Assembly (NCBI RefSeq): GCF_031769215.1
Contig: NW_026781915.1
Location: forward strand, 186,001 to 250,000
Direction: 5' to 3'
Length of the DNA: 64,000 bases
Source: Ylistrum balloti
Lineage: Eukaryota
This document shows positions 27,497 to 41,000 of the stretch, one piece after another. The position numbers and the translations under genes were made by a program. The notes under the pieces are model-generated. The model searched no databases, was not told where the DNA came from, and was given only the letters and a program-made list of their open reading frames with translations. Position 1 is the first letter of the stretch. Each line of letters begins with the position of its first letter.

Positions 27497-29139
27497 CAAC
27501 CCATGGATACTTGTATTTATACTGGAGGTGATCAAGTGGCACTGTGTGATAGTCAGACACTATTCTAGTGAAGAGCAGCTGTGTTTTTTTTATTTTTTTT
27601 TTTTTTTGAAATCCAAGTATCAGTCACTTCAGGACGTGATGCATTGGATTGGGTCCTTTTGTTGTGAAATGAGTCCAAACTCAATTTCTAAGAAACGGGT
27701 AGATTTTAACAGAAAAAAACCCAACAGTTACACTTGGAAAAAGTTCAAATAGACTTGTGTTTATGGCTTTAATAGCACAAGCAAATTATTATAATATCAA
27801 AAGAAATGCCATAAAGTATTGTGTATCAGTTTATAAAACGACAGCAACTTCCTCATTATAAAGCCATATTTAGTATTGCGCAGCCTCATGTCAAGATCCA
27901 GCAAATACTGATAAGTTCATATAAACGAATTCATGGAATTAGAGCTGTATGTTCTTTCAATGGTCAGTAATGATGTGAACCAATGTGCCAACCTGTTCGG
28001 TAGTTGATGGAAAAGTTTGTACATTTTTATAAAAAATTTATCAAGAATTGATACACTAACACAGATGTGTTGATTTGTTTCAGTTAATCTTGTTAACTGA
28101 AGCAGTTCAGATGTATCATCTATGACTTTTTGCTTTGATTGTGTCAGACTGTCACACACATAGCATATTTGTGAATATTAACACAACTGGTGGACTGAAC
28201 AAAGGAATATTCATATATTTGTCACATGAATCTAATGAATATTGATACTTTGTGAATATTATTCATCAATTTGTTTGAAGAATAACCAATCTTTTGTCTG
28301 AAAAATTGGATACAGAATGATGAAATGGATGTTTTACATGTTATACATGTACATGTATCTGTAAAAAAAAAAAAAAAGTGAAAATGTTGAGGAGAAAAAA
28401 AAGCTACTTCCATTTGATGCCATTATCACTTAACAAGTACGTAAAACTATTTTTGTATAATTTGTGTTTCTATCATGTGACAAGATTTGTTACATGGAAA
28501 CTTCATAGGAATCTTTAAATTATGCTGTAATAGAATGTTGTTGGATTATGATCATTATACTGACTGCTCTACTGAACCAGTTCTTTGTAATGACATGGTA
28601 ACAGTCCAAAGTAATGTGTGAAACAGAAGTTTACATACATGTAGTATACTAATAAGTAAAAGTGAACTGTGTTGTATAGATATACAGGACTATTTACTGT
28701 CAGAATGAACGACATTGTATTGCAGATTCGCTTGCTTCATTGTAATTACCTGGTTCAAAAAATATGAAAGGAATGATAAGGTGCCTTCAATTGACTAGAA
28801 ATGGTACTAGGGGTTCATTTTTAACTGACAATTGATAATCCTTTGTCCTGTGACATGTTCTTGACCAATTAGAAGGCGGAATGGCAGTTTCTGCCTTGCA
28901 AAAAACAAAAACAAATTGCATAGAAAAATAGTAAAATTTTGATACTTTAGATATATATTTTTAAAAAATTCAATAATGTTCATTTATTTTGTTGTAATAT
29001 CTTACTAAAACTGGCACTGATAGATCCAAAAGAATAGTTTTGTTTCCAGATTGACACAGTGATATGGAAATTATCTTAAAAATAATATTCCCAAAATGAA
29101 CTAAATAGACCTTTATCAAGTAGACAACTTTTATAAGGT

Positions 29140-29620
29140 CATGTGTTGTGTAATGGTATACTGACAATGAGTTGTACTGTAAATTAAAACTATACTTATT
29201 ATAATAGCACACAGTTCTGTAGAGTTGAACTTCAGAGTTCACTGTATTGAATTGTGATTGTGTAATGTACAGCAACATAATACTGTAGTGTACTGCAACA
29301 TTACTCTGCCAGGTACAGCAACATTAAACTTCATTGTACTACTGAAGGATTTATAATGAATTTTCAGAGTACAGGATGAACTGCAACATTATAATTCAGT
29401 GTACAGTAGCAGTATACTTGTACTACTGTATTATACTGCAGTGTACAGCAATATTAAATTTCAGTGTGTAGCATTATTATTCACAAGTACTGCAGTGTAC
29501 GTCCTTATACTATGGTGTACTGTAATGATGAATCAAAGTATACCAGTTTACTTAACTGTGCAGATGTACTGTATCACAGAATTTTATTGTGCAATCTATT
29601 ACAATGTCCATTTTTGTTTT
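29140..29620. repeat. Degenerate tandem repeat (tactgcagtgtacagcaacat-like)
   Basis: Repeated gtacagcaac, gtactgcaac and tactgcagtgtac motifs. Confidence 0.6.
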
Positions 29621-30059
29621 CACCAATCCATAAAATTATCAACATTGCATGAAAAGTCCCCAAATCCCCAAAAAATTGTGATTATGAAATCACTGTAATG
29701 TACATGAAGTGGTAACATTGTGAATACACTATACAGTGTTGAGGAAGGTAAAAATTATTTTTCTTGCATTTGACAAAAACTTATTTATAGATAGATAACA
29801 TATAGTAGTGCTAAAAATGTTAAACACATATGCAAATTGCAATATTTATGTTTGTAAAATATTTACAACTTTTTATTTTAGTTCAAAAACAAAAGTAAAG
29901 CTTCCAATAAGTTTATATTCATAATTTATTGTGTCCTATTTTAGTCTGTTGTAAAAACACTTCGTTTTCAGCAATTTTGTCCAAGTGCTAGCAAAGTGCA
30001 TTTAAATGGAAGATGATCGGAATATGACAATAAAATTTCCTACTGAATGATTTTATGGA

Positions 30060-30500
30060 GTGTTTTGTTTGTATTATCCCCATGCAAAGATAGCAAGTAC
30101 GGAAAAGTTCCAGTTTGTAGGTACATGCATATACTTAATACTGATCCTTGCACTTTTAACAGCTTCCTTCCTTGAGAGATTTTGGTCAAACTTCACACTC
30201 TTTGAAAAGACCTTAATATCTTGGACAAGTAAGCATTTCCCTGTTTTAAGATCAAAGTCAAGGTCATTATTACTATTTTTGGAAAATATTTAGCGCTTCA
30301 GTTGTTTCATTCCTTTAAGAGATTTTGATCAAACTTCACTCACAACTAAGTTATATTACATTTAAGTTCGAGTTTGAAGATTGTAGGGTCATGGTCAATG
30401 TAACCATAACTATTTTAAGATAATCCTTGCCAGAATTCGTTTGACTTTATTCCTTGAGGAATTTTGTTCAGCTTTGCTTAAGTTGAGATGGAACTTTATG
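30060..30500. mobile_element. Helentron/HINE-like repeat with diverged internal units (143-bp period)
   Basis: tcaaacttcac at 30186 and 30329, with paired gtcaaggtca and gtcatggtca motifs. Confidence 0.4.
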
Positions 30501-30609
30501 TCCTGCATGCTTATTGACAATACTCGTGGATAAAAAGAAAGGCAACACTAATGTCTGATGCTTATGAATTACTTATTTCCCTTTACACTTTTAATTTATT
30601 CATTATCAC

Positions 30610-30800
30610 CGTTTGTGACGTAAACAGCATCCCAGCATTGTCAAATGGGTCTTTTAATGGGCAGATAATTCAAGGAAGATATTCTTTCATTTATCTTTCA
30701 AAGCTTGGGAGGAAAGAACTGGTGTGCACTGGTATATTATCCTGCTGGAAAATATCACCACTGGCTTACGAATGGTATAACCACTGGTCTTCAAATTTTA
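30610..30800 (-). pseudogene. Highly decayed Tc1/mariner transposase fragment
   Basis: The minus strand reads KFEDQWLYHS*ASGDIFQQDNIPVHTS, matching the Tc1 FQQDNAPxH catalytic motif, followed by several stops. Confidence 0.55.
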
Positions 30801-32068
30801 CAATTTCACAATATAGTTAGAGAATGACAATAGTGTGTATTACAAAATCCAAAAGGGTTACCAATCTTTTCAAGCATGGAAGAGCTCCAATTTTCAAATT
30901 GTATCTTCACTTGAATTTCATAAAGAAAATCAAACTGACACTTCTGCCTTGGATTATCAGGACTAAGATTGTCACAAATACAGGCTGAATGGGTTGTAGG
31001 CATCATACAGGCTAGTTTCTGTCGAGTAGCAGCATTTTAGTTGAAGATGCTTCACCAGTTGAAGTCGTTCAAATCAGTCTGATCAACATCCAATCATCTC
31101 TGAAGTGGCCAACTCCACAAAACTACTGCTAGGATCATTACTGTTGTATACGATTAATAAACATATTCAATTTATTTGTAACCACAAGAGAGGCAAGTAC
31201 ATTGAACGGCATTTGCTTTATGGTTAATTGCAATGTAATTAAATTAGACTTGTAAATTCACTCCTCTATGATACACTAATTACAAGATCTAACAACTCCC
31301 ACATGCGTTTAAATTGAATTCAGGAGGTGATTAGATAGCTACTAGGGCTAACAGAAAATTTCCAGAGGTTGACACTCAAAACTGACTCAAGATATGGCTA
31401 AACTTGAAAGGGAGCTATGATACAGATATGTATAGGCCTTCTTGATATTCTTTCAAAATTATCAGACATTGGAAATGAGAAAAATTAACAATTCACGAGA
31501 CAAATGTGTCTTCACATACAGGTTTTGACATTCCTTTTTATCAATTTTCTTTCTCTTCAGTCAACTATCTCCTAAATTTCAAAATATAAGCTTTTAGCAT
31601 CACTGACAAGTTTTAGAAGGATGAAATGGCTTTATTAATTCACTTGTGTGGCTTTTGTACAATACATGTTTTAACTATCAGAAACTTCCATTATGTTTCT
31701 GTGGAAGTAGTTTTGGACACACCTGATGTGCCACATTAAAGGCTTCAAAGTTACCCCACAAGGCGCATGCACATCTAAAAATGGTTTATATGTATTTGTG
31801 TGTTTTTATCAATATCGGTTCATGAGTTCAGGATTAGTTTCTTGTTTTCTTGTATCATGACAACCAATGTCTTCATTAATCAGTAATCATAACATGAATT
31901 TTAGTTCCGTATAAATGTTTTGGGGAGTATGATGAAAAGGCTGGTGAACAAGTGGGCATCGATAATCGCCAAACATCGGTTGATTCCTCACCTACGTCAC
32001 AGAGGAGCAGAATAGACCTATGTGTGCCTAGTGGGCCCATGTTTCAAATACGTGTGTAAAGTAACTCG

Positions 32069-32082
32069 GTTACCATGGCAAC
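32069..32082. promoter_or_regulatory. RFX X-box motif
   Basis: GTTACCATGGCAAC fully matches the GTTRCCATGGYAAC consensus and lies about 240 bp upstream of the MMACHC ATG. Confidence 0.65.
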
Positions 32083-32318
32083 CAAAAATTTGGCAAAAAT
32101 GATTGACGCACACCTACATACTGTCCAAACTGATCTAGGTAATTTACATTTAGGGTGGAATTGTCCGGACAATTTCTTTCTTGTCATTCAGATTGCGTCT
32201 GCGATCATTCTTAAGTACGGATTGTCAAACAGCCTCCCACTCCTATTTTGTATACATTCGTTTACTTCCTTTGCCGCTTTTTTTTTTTTTTTTCGAACAA
32301 GGAAGAAACAACGCAGTT

Positions 32319-35300
32319 ATGGCTTCGTCAACAGATCTAAGCGCAGAAGCTGTTGTCAGTGCCGTTAGAAGTAATTTGGTTGATGTAGGATTCGAAGTAC
32401 ACCCTTTCAAGGTAACATGATTCAACAATATACGAAGCGGCCATTAAAGTTTGCAGTGTTACCAGATTTGACGGATTTTTGCACATATTATGCCAACCAC
32501 GACGGTATCCTGACGTTTCGAACGCAACCCGGTTCTCACCAAATCATTTCGTCCCCTGCACCGTTCGCAACACGACGTTTCACTCTCAATAACAAGCTGT
32601 TCGCACTTTATTTATTTCATCATCGGTGACGTATAGATACAACTAATTCTGTTTATAAATTATATGGATATTGTGTGGGTATCAGGACGTTTCGTACCCA
32701 AGACGTTTCGTACCCATTCAGGACATTTCGTACCCAAATGTTTGGACGTTTCGTACCCAAAATATATTTACCAAACGTTTGGACGTTTCGTACCCAAGTC
32801 TTTGCACTTTTCGAACCTAAATGTTTGGGTGTTCCATTAACATTCAAATGACAAATTATCGATTTTTAATGACAAATTATCGATTTAAAAATCTTACAAT
32901 TTCGGCCAACATACACGATTTTTAAGTCTCTATTTATGTTCAACAATTTAATAAAATAAGTCTTTAGCAGCGATTTTCAAGGACATACTTGCCATTATTA
33001 TTTGAAGCCTAAGTCTAGATTTTTGTTTTTATTTATTTATTTATTTTTATTTCTTTTATTTCTTTTTTTTTCTTTTTTTTTGCAATAAATTTTTTCCGTA
33101 ATTGCGCAATAATTTTTCTGATTTTGATTTCGTTCCTCTGATCTTGTTAACAATAGTTTCAGAAATGTTTTGTTTGAATAGGTAGGCCTATATGTGTCGG
33201 TACTGCGAGTTATAAAAACAATACGAAACAATTGCGGTTAATCAAGGAAGTCTCAGCTTCTGCTGTAGTTAGATAATGATGAATGTTGAAATCACAGTCG
33301 GAAATATGCGGACTTTCAAAAAAAAGTGTACGCGTGTATAATTATTTTCACTGTTACAACAATCATACTAGCCAGTATCCAATAGGATAGGTGTATGGAT
33401 AATTTTTTACTCATCGTATTATTTAAAAATCCCAACACCTTCATGATAATTCATCATTCCTCATCAACATGAGTGCTACTCGTAAGCATAAATGTATAGA
33501 TTGTGGTACAGCAGTTCGACCGAAGCAACACGCATTGTGCTGCGATGCATGTAACAGATGGCAACATCGTATTTGTAATAAAAATGGCATTTCCTTTAAA
33601 CATTACATATGCGATGTTAAAAAGCTAGTACGCCAGAAGTACTTCTGTGTTATTCCGGGAAGTTGTACATGTAAGCTCCAGCCATCTGACGTTTCCTGGA
33701 ACAAACCTTTTAAAGACAAGTTTGGAGAGCTGTATGGCGAGTTGTTTTAATGGTCTTGTGGAGAAAACCAAAAGGGGGAATCAAAAGTCCCCATTTAAGG
33801 CAGCATGAGACAGTATTACTTCCACTTCTTCTAAAAATGTGGTATTACAAACTCACTAGGCTCTAGCGAGGATGTGTTTTTCTTTTTTAGGATTTAATTG
33901 GGTTTTTTTTATTTTCCGGTTTCAAATTCATTTGAATATGCATGGATATTTGGCACAAGGTAAGTTTTGTAATCTTGATTTGGGAAAATCAGTGAGAAAA
34001 AGGATGGGGGCATTTATTAGAATAAATACGGGAATATTTTTGTTTTACAGTCACTTGGCTTGTGTTGTTTACACTCCAGATACAGATGCCTTTGGTTCAA
34101 TCTTGGCTTTGATTATATGTTACCTGGTCATATGTATATGTAATGGAGTTGATACAAAAATGAAATGAAGAACTAAAGGACTGATAACCATTTCCTTGAT
34201 AAGGTAATTATGAATTATTACTAAGCAACATACAGGGAACACTTCATGTAATAAGATCTTTTTTCTTGCTTTGCACACTTCAGATTGGCTGGTACAATGA
34301 GTATGTGGATAAACCATATGTACTGCCATATGACCCGGACACATTAGCCGTGTTAGTGATCAGTACACCTCGCATGTTTGAGGAAGCCTTCAAACCATTC
34401 GTCTGTCGCCAGCACTGTGAAGGAATCAAAGACCCAATAGATGAATGTGTTGCTCATCATTTTAAACTTGTGAAAGAGGTTTGTAAGAAAAAAAAAGTAC
34501 AGTCAAAATAGGGTTTCCAAGAATTTAGGCACCAATGCCAAATACTGCTTAAAAGAGAATTGAAAATGTCTGTTTTAGTGGAATTTTCCAGTAAAGTAAT
34601 TAAGGTTGAATGTTGTGAAGGCAATTATATCAATACGTCATTGAAAGGACAAGTTTAGACTTTTAAAGTCTGCCCATCGCTTTCTGTGTTTTACTTATAA
34701 GAGCCTTTGCATGTTACATGTTTTTTTCAGAATTTTCCAGCTATAGAGATTGAAGCCATCCATGACTTTGAGTTAGACCTTAACCGTCGACCTAAAATCC
34801 TGGTACAAACAGCAGGCCATGTAGCTGGTGCAGTATTCTACTACCAAAGAAAGGATGTTGTACCTGACCACTGGAGTGAGAATCAGGTAAGGACAAGATT
34901 CCACGATCAACATTTACACAAATCTCTCAGATGCCTTATAGCATGTCAAGGTCAGAGCATCCATAAGACAAACTATGTCAAAGGCCATGTTTTGTGAAAC
35001 TTCAGCAATTAGACCTTAATTTATATCAATTACCTGTATATTTATGTGTTTAACTAGTAAATATGTTTATCAGTCAGATAATTAAAAACATAAAATAAAC
35101 ACAGTAGTTGCTAATATTTTCAAGCCTAGCGGAGATCTTATGATGAATGTTTTCATGACTTGGTTACAACATTATGACGTAATCAATAGTAACAGTAGGG
35201 TAGGTAATAACGTTACTGTCTATCTGGCATCACGTCACTAAATAATACTGTTAGTAACCATCTACTAACGATTTAGATCATTTTACAATAATATTCTCTT

Positions 35301-36712
35301 CGTAAATTCTTTTAGTGCTTCTGATATCTGTCATTCTGTGAAAAGAGAATACGGAGAAAGGGTCTTTACCGCACGTGTGTAGATGTGCAGTTGTGTTTTC
35401 AGCGTTTCTGGTGAATGTATGTGTTGTTTATGTATTTGTACATTCTCACTTAATGTATTTCCTGTTTGACCAACATAATGTTCTGTACAAGTTGGGCATA
35501 TATTCTTGCTTTTGCATTGTAAAGCACTATTGGATTTCATTGTTTTCCCATTCTGTAATGTCAGGCAATTCCTTTCATATATACAGGTACACATTTCGCA
35601 GCATGTGTTTCAACATTTTGATACTGCAAAAGAGTGTGTTTCAGGGTCGTCAAACCTTGCTTTTGTTAGAATCTTCTTCACGCCTGGTGACTGTATTTTT
35701 TCTCCAAAGGATTTCTGACATTTGAACCAAATCTTGCATCTTTTGACTTTAATGTAGATGTGGAACAGTGCCCTTTGTGATCTTCACCATATTTTGGTGA
35801 CATGGGGCATGTGAAATGACGAATGGCACATTGTTGCTGTTTTCTGGTGTGATTTTAGTTCTCATTAATTCATTGAAGGGTACTGTTTCTATTAATTATG
35901 TCATCATGTCGTTATCAAGTCATTTAAACAATCGCTTGAAGTTGGCCACTAGGCCTGAAAACGTTAGCAAACTACCGTTTCAATTTTTTTCTTTTGAATT
36001 ATATTTATTGGACATTGTGTATATATACTGTAAATTAATAGATGTTTGATTTTGGTAGGACATGGAATTGTGTTGTAATTAAGCATTGAGGTTGCAGAAC
36101 AAGTTATATTGTATATTATATATTGTTAATTCTGATAGTATCATATTTATCATAAAATATGCCAGGTAATATAAACTATGTCATTTAGTAAAATTATAAA
36201 CCAATGCTATTTCTTTGTCTGATAAAAGTCCATCCAATGAATTCGAGAGTAATTGCGTTGTAAATCAAAAAGTGTTTGATCTTGATGGTAATTGTATTGT
36301 TAATTATGTATTGTTCAATTATGATTTTTAAGTACTGTAATAATTGATTGTAAATCACAATTGTTTACCTTATGTAGTAATCATATTTCAGAAAATCTAT
36401 GGTGTGAGTGTTCATCCAAAGTATGGAGGCTGGTTTGCTTTTAGGGGGGTCTTAATCTTTAAGACTATCACCTGTCCAGAGCTTGTCAAGACAGCTCCCC
36501 CTGATGTCATCACCGATAGGAACAAAAGGATTGAGCTTCTGGAAAAGTACAATATGCACTGGGAGGACTGGAGTTTCAGAGACATAATTCCAGTGACAGA
36601 TAAATATTCTGAAGAACAAAAAGTATACTTCGCAACTAAACCAGGGGAGAGACAAGTCATTGTTCAGAAGATAAAAAACAGTGCAGACAACACAAGTGAG
36701 CAAGGCCATTAA
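32319..36712 (+). CDS. MMACHC: Cyanocobalamin reductase / alkylcobalamin dealkylase (cblC), 254 aa
   Basis: Exons 32319-32411, 34284-34478, 34731-34886, 36392-36712; total 765 nt. Motifs: GFEVHPFKIGWYN, LAVLVISTPRMFE, DPIDECV, RRPKILVQTAGHVAGAVFYYQR, GVSVHPKYGGWFAFRG. Confidence 0.97.
32500..32830. repeat. GACGTTTCGTACCCA direct-repeat cluster in MMACHC intron 1, probably a non-autonomous DNA transposon end
   Basis: Five copies of (g)ac(g/a)tttcgtaccca between 32686 and 32800, plus looser gacgtttc copies upstream. Confidence 0.6.
33469..34031 (+). mobile_element. Internally deleted pogo-like element: partial PHD finger fused to a DDE_1 transposase C-terminal fragment
   Basis: The ORF 33469-33750 has CIDC...ALCCDACNRWQHRIC (PHD-type) then VIPGSCTCKLQPSDVSWNKPFK (pogo IPGGxTxxLQPxDVxxNKPFK motif). 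ggggcatttattagaataaatacgg at 34007-34031 resembles a pogo-type terminus. Confidence 0.7.
35331..35740 (-). mobile_element. Penelope-like retroelement fragment (GIY-YIG endonuclease region) in MMACHC intron 3
   Basis: Minus-strand frame: QSPGVKKILTKARF...VSKC*NTCCEMCTCI...CKSKNICPTCTEHYVGQTGNTLSENVQIHKQHI. The YVGQT and H-x-x-HI motifs are typical of PLE GIY-YIG domains. Confidence 0.75.
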
Positions 36713-38041
36713 ATCTCAGTGTAGTTTCTTGTTATTGCTCCTACAACAAAGCTAGAGGTATATACAGCTTTGTTGATAGACTGCTTAGTTCAAGTGAAGA
36801 GGTAGAAGTAACTAAATCTCTCCTTTTAACAGAATCTCTTTCAAACATCCATTATTAATTAAATCCTGAAAATGACGAAAGTGTGATATGGATTTGATGT
36901 CAATGATAATCAGAATGTATAGATAAGATGTGCTTTATAAAAAAAATCAATACATGTTTATTGGTATTTGGATGTGTTTTCCTTATATGTTTTTAAGCCG
37001 ATACTAAATGATATGGTTTTCATGTATATGCAGTATACTGTTTAAGAGAAAGAGTATTACGAGAGACAACTAGTATATACAGATATATCAGGTCTAGAAC
37101 GGGAGTTATAACATGATTTTAATCAGCAGATATCTTGTTTCAAAGAATGAGGTCACATAACAAAAACTGGAACAAAAATGATTATTTTAAAAATTAATAT
37201 TTTCATTTTATTCCACAAATGACTATAAATTTGTATATGAACATGGTGCATGAGAACAGGTGAAAGACTTCATTTATTCCCTGATAGGGAACGTAAAAGA
37301 AAATAAGAAAATAGAAATTACACTTGCACATTAACATGGAAAAGTAGATTGAACCAATACACAATAAGATACACAAAAAATGTTTTGTTACTCTACAAAA
37401 TCTGTCTTATTTAACCCTTTATACAATATTCATGTATAAAAGTTACATGTACCAATATAATCTACACAGATTTTTTTATGTCTGTATCTTAAGATACTGG
37501 AACATAATATAGAAATTGATTATCTTGATGACAACATGTTCTCAGTTTTATTTGGTCCACTGATACTTTTTAAAATACATCTAATTTTTTTTGTAGTTGG
37601 AAGGTAAAATTTGTTTTTGTACTAAAAATTTAACTTCAATCTTACAATCAAACTGTACTAATACTCTTGTATTCAACAACAAAAATAAACATTACTTCTA
37701 TATCAATCATACAAAAAGTTTTAAAAATAACACCCATAACAACACTTTAAACAAAGGTAAAATGATGTCTAGATCAACTAATGGGATACATACAAGAAAG
37801 GTACCCAGGTATTTCAGATAAATTTGAGCAAAAATAAATAAATTAAACATAATGACTGCAGAGATGTTTTAACAATAGTAAATAGACGTGATGCAGAAAG
37901 TTTCAAACACTGAAAACTTGATTTTTTAAAATGATTGCGGTAGACATTTACAAATGTATGACAAAATGTTCAAGCTAATAATTTCAAAGAGCCAAGTGAT
38001 TTCACAGTGAGTTAGGAGACCCGTGTGGGGTATCAAATTTC

Positions 38042-41000
38042 TTATCGCTTCTCAAAGTAGACATCCCTCATTTCCCGATCTCGCTGGGAGGAGTCTGGGG
38101 CCACCCGTCTCAACAGAGGAAGACGTCGAGCATCATGCATGAGGAATGGTAAGTTGATTTCATCATTGTGTCTTGTAGCCAAAATCATGCTGAAATAACC
38201 AACATTTTCTGTTATGGAACAGGTTTTAGACACTTTATCAAAGAAAAATTTTATATTGATCTGAAGTTAGCTGCAAAGTATCATCTTTTGCTAGGTATGA
38301 CAATATAACATGAGGACCCTTTTTATCTTTACAAAAACGAAAATCTCTTTATATATCAAACAAAAAGAAATAAGAATTTTTATCTAAAAGTGACCACGTA
38401 AACTATGAAGTGCAGAGACGAGAAACATAAGTGTCTGCTTTGTAAGATGGAGCGAAATTTGTCTTTATTTTATTTTTAACAAGATTATACATGTTGGGCG
38501 GAAGCACACATTTGTATTTGTGAAATGAAACGTTGGGTTATCCTGCAAATTAAAAGCTGTAAAAGAATTCTGAAAGTCGAAGTAAAATCCATTAAACTGG
38601 CATAAAGACCCAGCAAGAAATGTCAACATGAAATAGGATTTTCCTTTAGTGACCATTTCATATGAGAGTAATAAAATTAGTAATCATGTTTTCCACATCA
38701 TTCTAACAGTCATCTTTCCTCTTTGTCCATAGTCTCCATAGTCTCCATAATATGTGGCATCACAAATAAACAGACCATATCACTAAAGAACAACTGACGT
38801 CACTAATAAATGGATAGTATTACTAATGAACAAGTGATATAACTAACGGACAGTTGGTATTACAAACTGGTGATATCACTTCAAACAAGTGATATTAGCA
38901 ATGGTATCAATATTGAACAGAAGATGTCGTGTATGAAAAGGCAGTTTCACTGATGAAATCATCCATGAACAGGTGATACCACTTATGAACTGGTTGTATC
39001 ACTTATGGACAAGTGATGACACTAATGAACAGGTGATATCACTATTGAATAGGTTGTATCACTTATGGACAGTAGATATTACTTACAAACAAGTGGTATT
39101 CGTAGTGGCACCACTACTGAACTGGTGATATCACAAACAGGTGATATTAATTTGTGATATCGATAATAAAAGGTGATATCAAAATGAGTAGGTAATATCC
39201 ATAATGAACTGAAGGCATTGCTTATGGTGATATCAAAATATTAAACCACTGATATAATGTATGAACAGGTGGTATCAGTAATGAACAGGTGTTCTCACTT
39301 ATGAACATGCAATATTGATAATGAACTCTAGGAAGTCTATTTTCAATATTCACAGTTTGTACACCAGCAGTGTTTATGAGAAGTCTACAGACAATTGTCT
39401 GCAAGTTTGTACACCAGCAATTTTTATGATAAGTCTACAGACGATAGTTACAGTAACTTTGAACACCAGCAGTGTTTATGAGAAGTCTACAGACAAAAGT
39501 CACAGTAAGTTTGTACACCAGCAGTGTTTATGAGAAGTCTACAGACAATAGTCATAGTAACTTTGTACATCAGTAGTGTTGATGGGAAGTTTGCAGTTAA
39601 TATTCACAGTAAGTTTGTACACCAGTAGTTAATGAGAAGTCTGTAGTCAATAGTCACAGTCACTTTGTACACCAGCAGTGGTGCTGAGAAGTCTACCGTC
39701 ATTTTGAACACCAGCCGTGTTGCTGAGAAGTCTACTGTCACTTTGTACACCAGCCGTGTTGCTGAGAAGTCTACTGTCATTTTGTACACCAACAGTGTTG
39801 CTGAGAAGTCTACTGTTATTTTGTACACCAGCCGTGTTGCTGAGAAGTCTACCGTCATTTTGTACACCAGCAGTGTTGTATGGCAGCAATGTTATCCAGT
39901 CAATAGTCACAGTCAGTTTGTGCATTCTAGTCTAGTCATTGATCACGGTATCAGACTCTTTATGCTTGGAGGTAACAAAGTGAGGAGTGACAGACAAGAG
40001 TGCAGAGCAGACAGGAAGAGATGTACAGTTGGCATGACAACCTACCTTTCCTGGTTTGCACCCCTCCCTGGTGTACTATATATAGTACATAGTGATGGCA
40101 GAACACAGCAAACCACAGCACTCGAACGTCACATAGTGCATCACATTATCACACAGAAAGTTCAAAGTTCAAATTCATAATTTGACAAATTTTTAGCAAC
40201 AATCACTCAGAAACATTGAACAGCATTTTGTGCAAAAGGAAATTGATTGATATATGTGAATGTAATAAGTTTGTGATTGAGTAGATATAAACTTGATACA
40301 TATAGATTTTGCCCTTTTATTATCAATATTGAATATTATGTCTTCATCCACTTGATCATGAAATATAAACATTTTAACAAAAACATTGACCTGATTGAAG
40401 GAACATTAAAATTAAGATTATTTAACCTGATTGAAGGAACAGTAATATTATTAGATTATGTTGGTATGGGTGTACTTTTGTTGAAGCAGGAATGGAAAGG
40501 GTTACACACTACATCTACAGATGAAGCTTAAAAACTAGAATTACATTGCAGGAAAACTGTACTGACAGGTTTAACTAAAATAACATAGCAGGAAAAATGT
40601 ACTGACAGGTGTAATCAAGGAGCAGGTAACCATGAGAACAGAATTAACAAAAATAAAATGTATACCTAGCGGTTACAACCACAGCAATTATCCTCTACTT
40701 CCACAGTGATAGAGTTTAAGGGTTATATCATATGTACAATTTTTTCATATATAAAGCATTATATGTGGTATTATATATAGATTGTCTGCTCATAACACTA
40801 CAGTAGTACTACCTTCTGCAAGCTGAGGGTTATCTGTGAATCGGGTAACTAAAGTGTATCCAGTACACACCATGTGATACCATGAATTGTGTAACTCAGC
40901 TATTGGATATTTTCAGCTAATAATTACTTATGTTTTATAAAATAAAAACAGTACAACAAATATTGCATTATTGTAAAGTAATTTTTTACTTGTAAATCAC

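Noticed and set aside
30960-31140. Selenoprotein-like in-frame TGA codons on the minus strand (IGC*SD*FER)
   Set aside because: No selenoprotein family similarity or SECIS is seen, and the region adjoins a decayed transposase.
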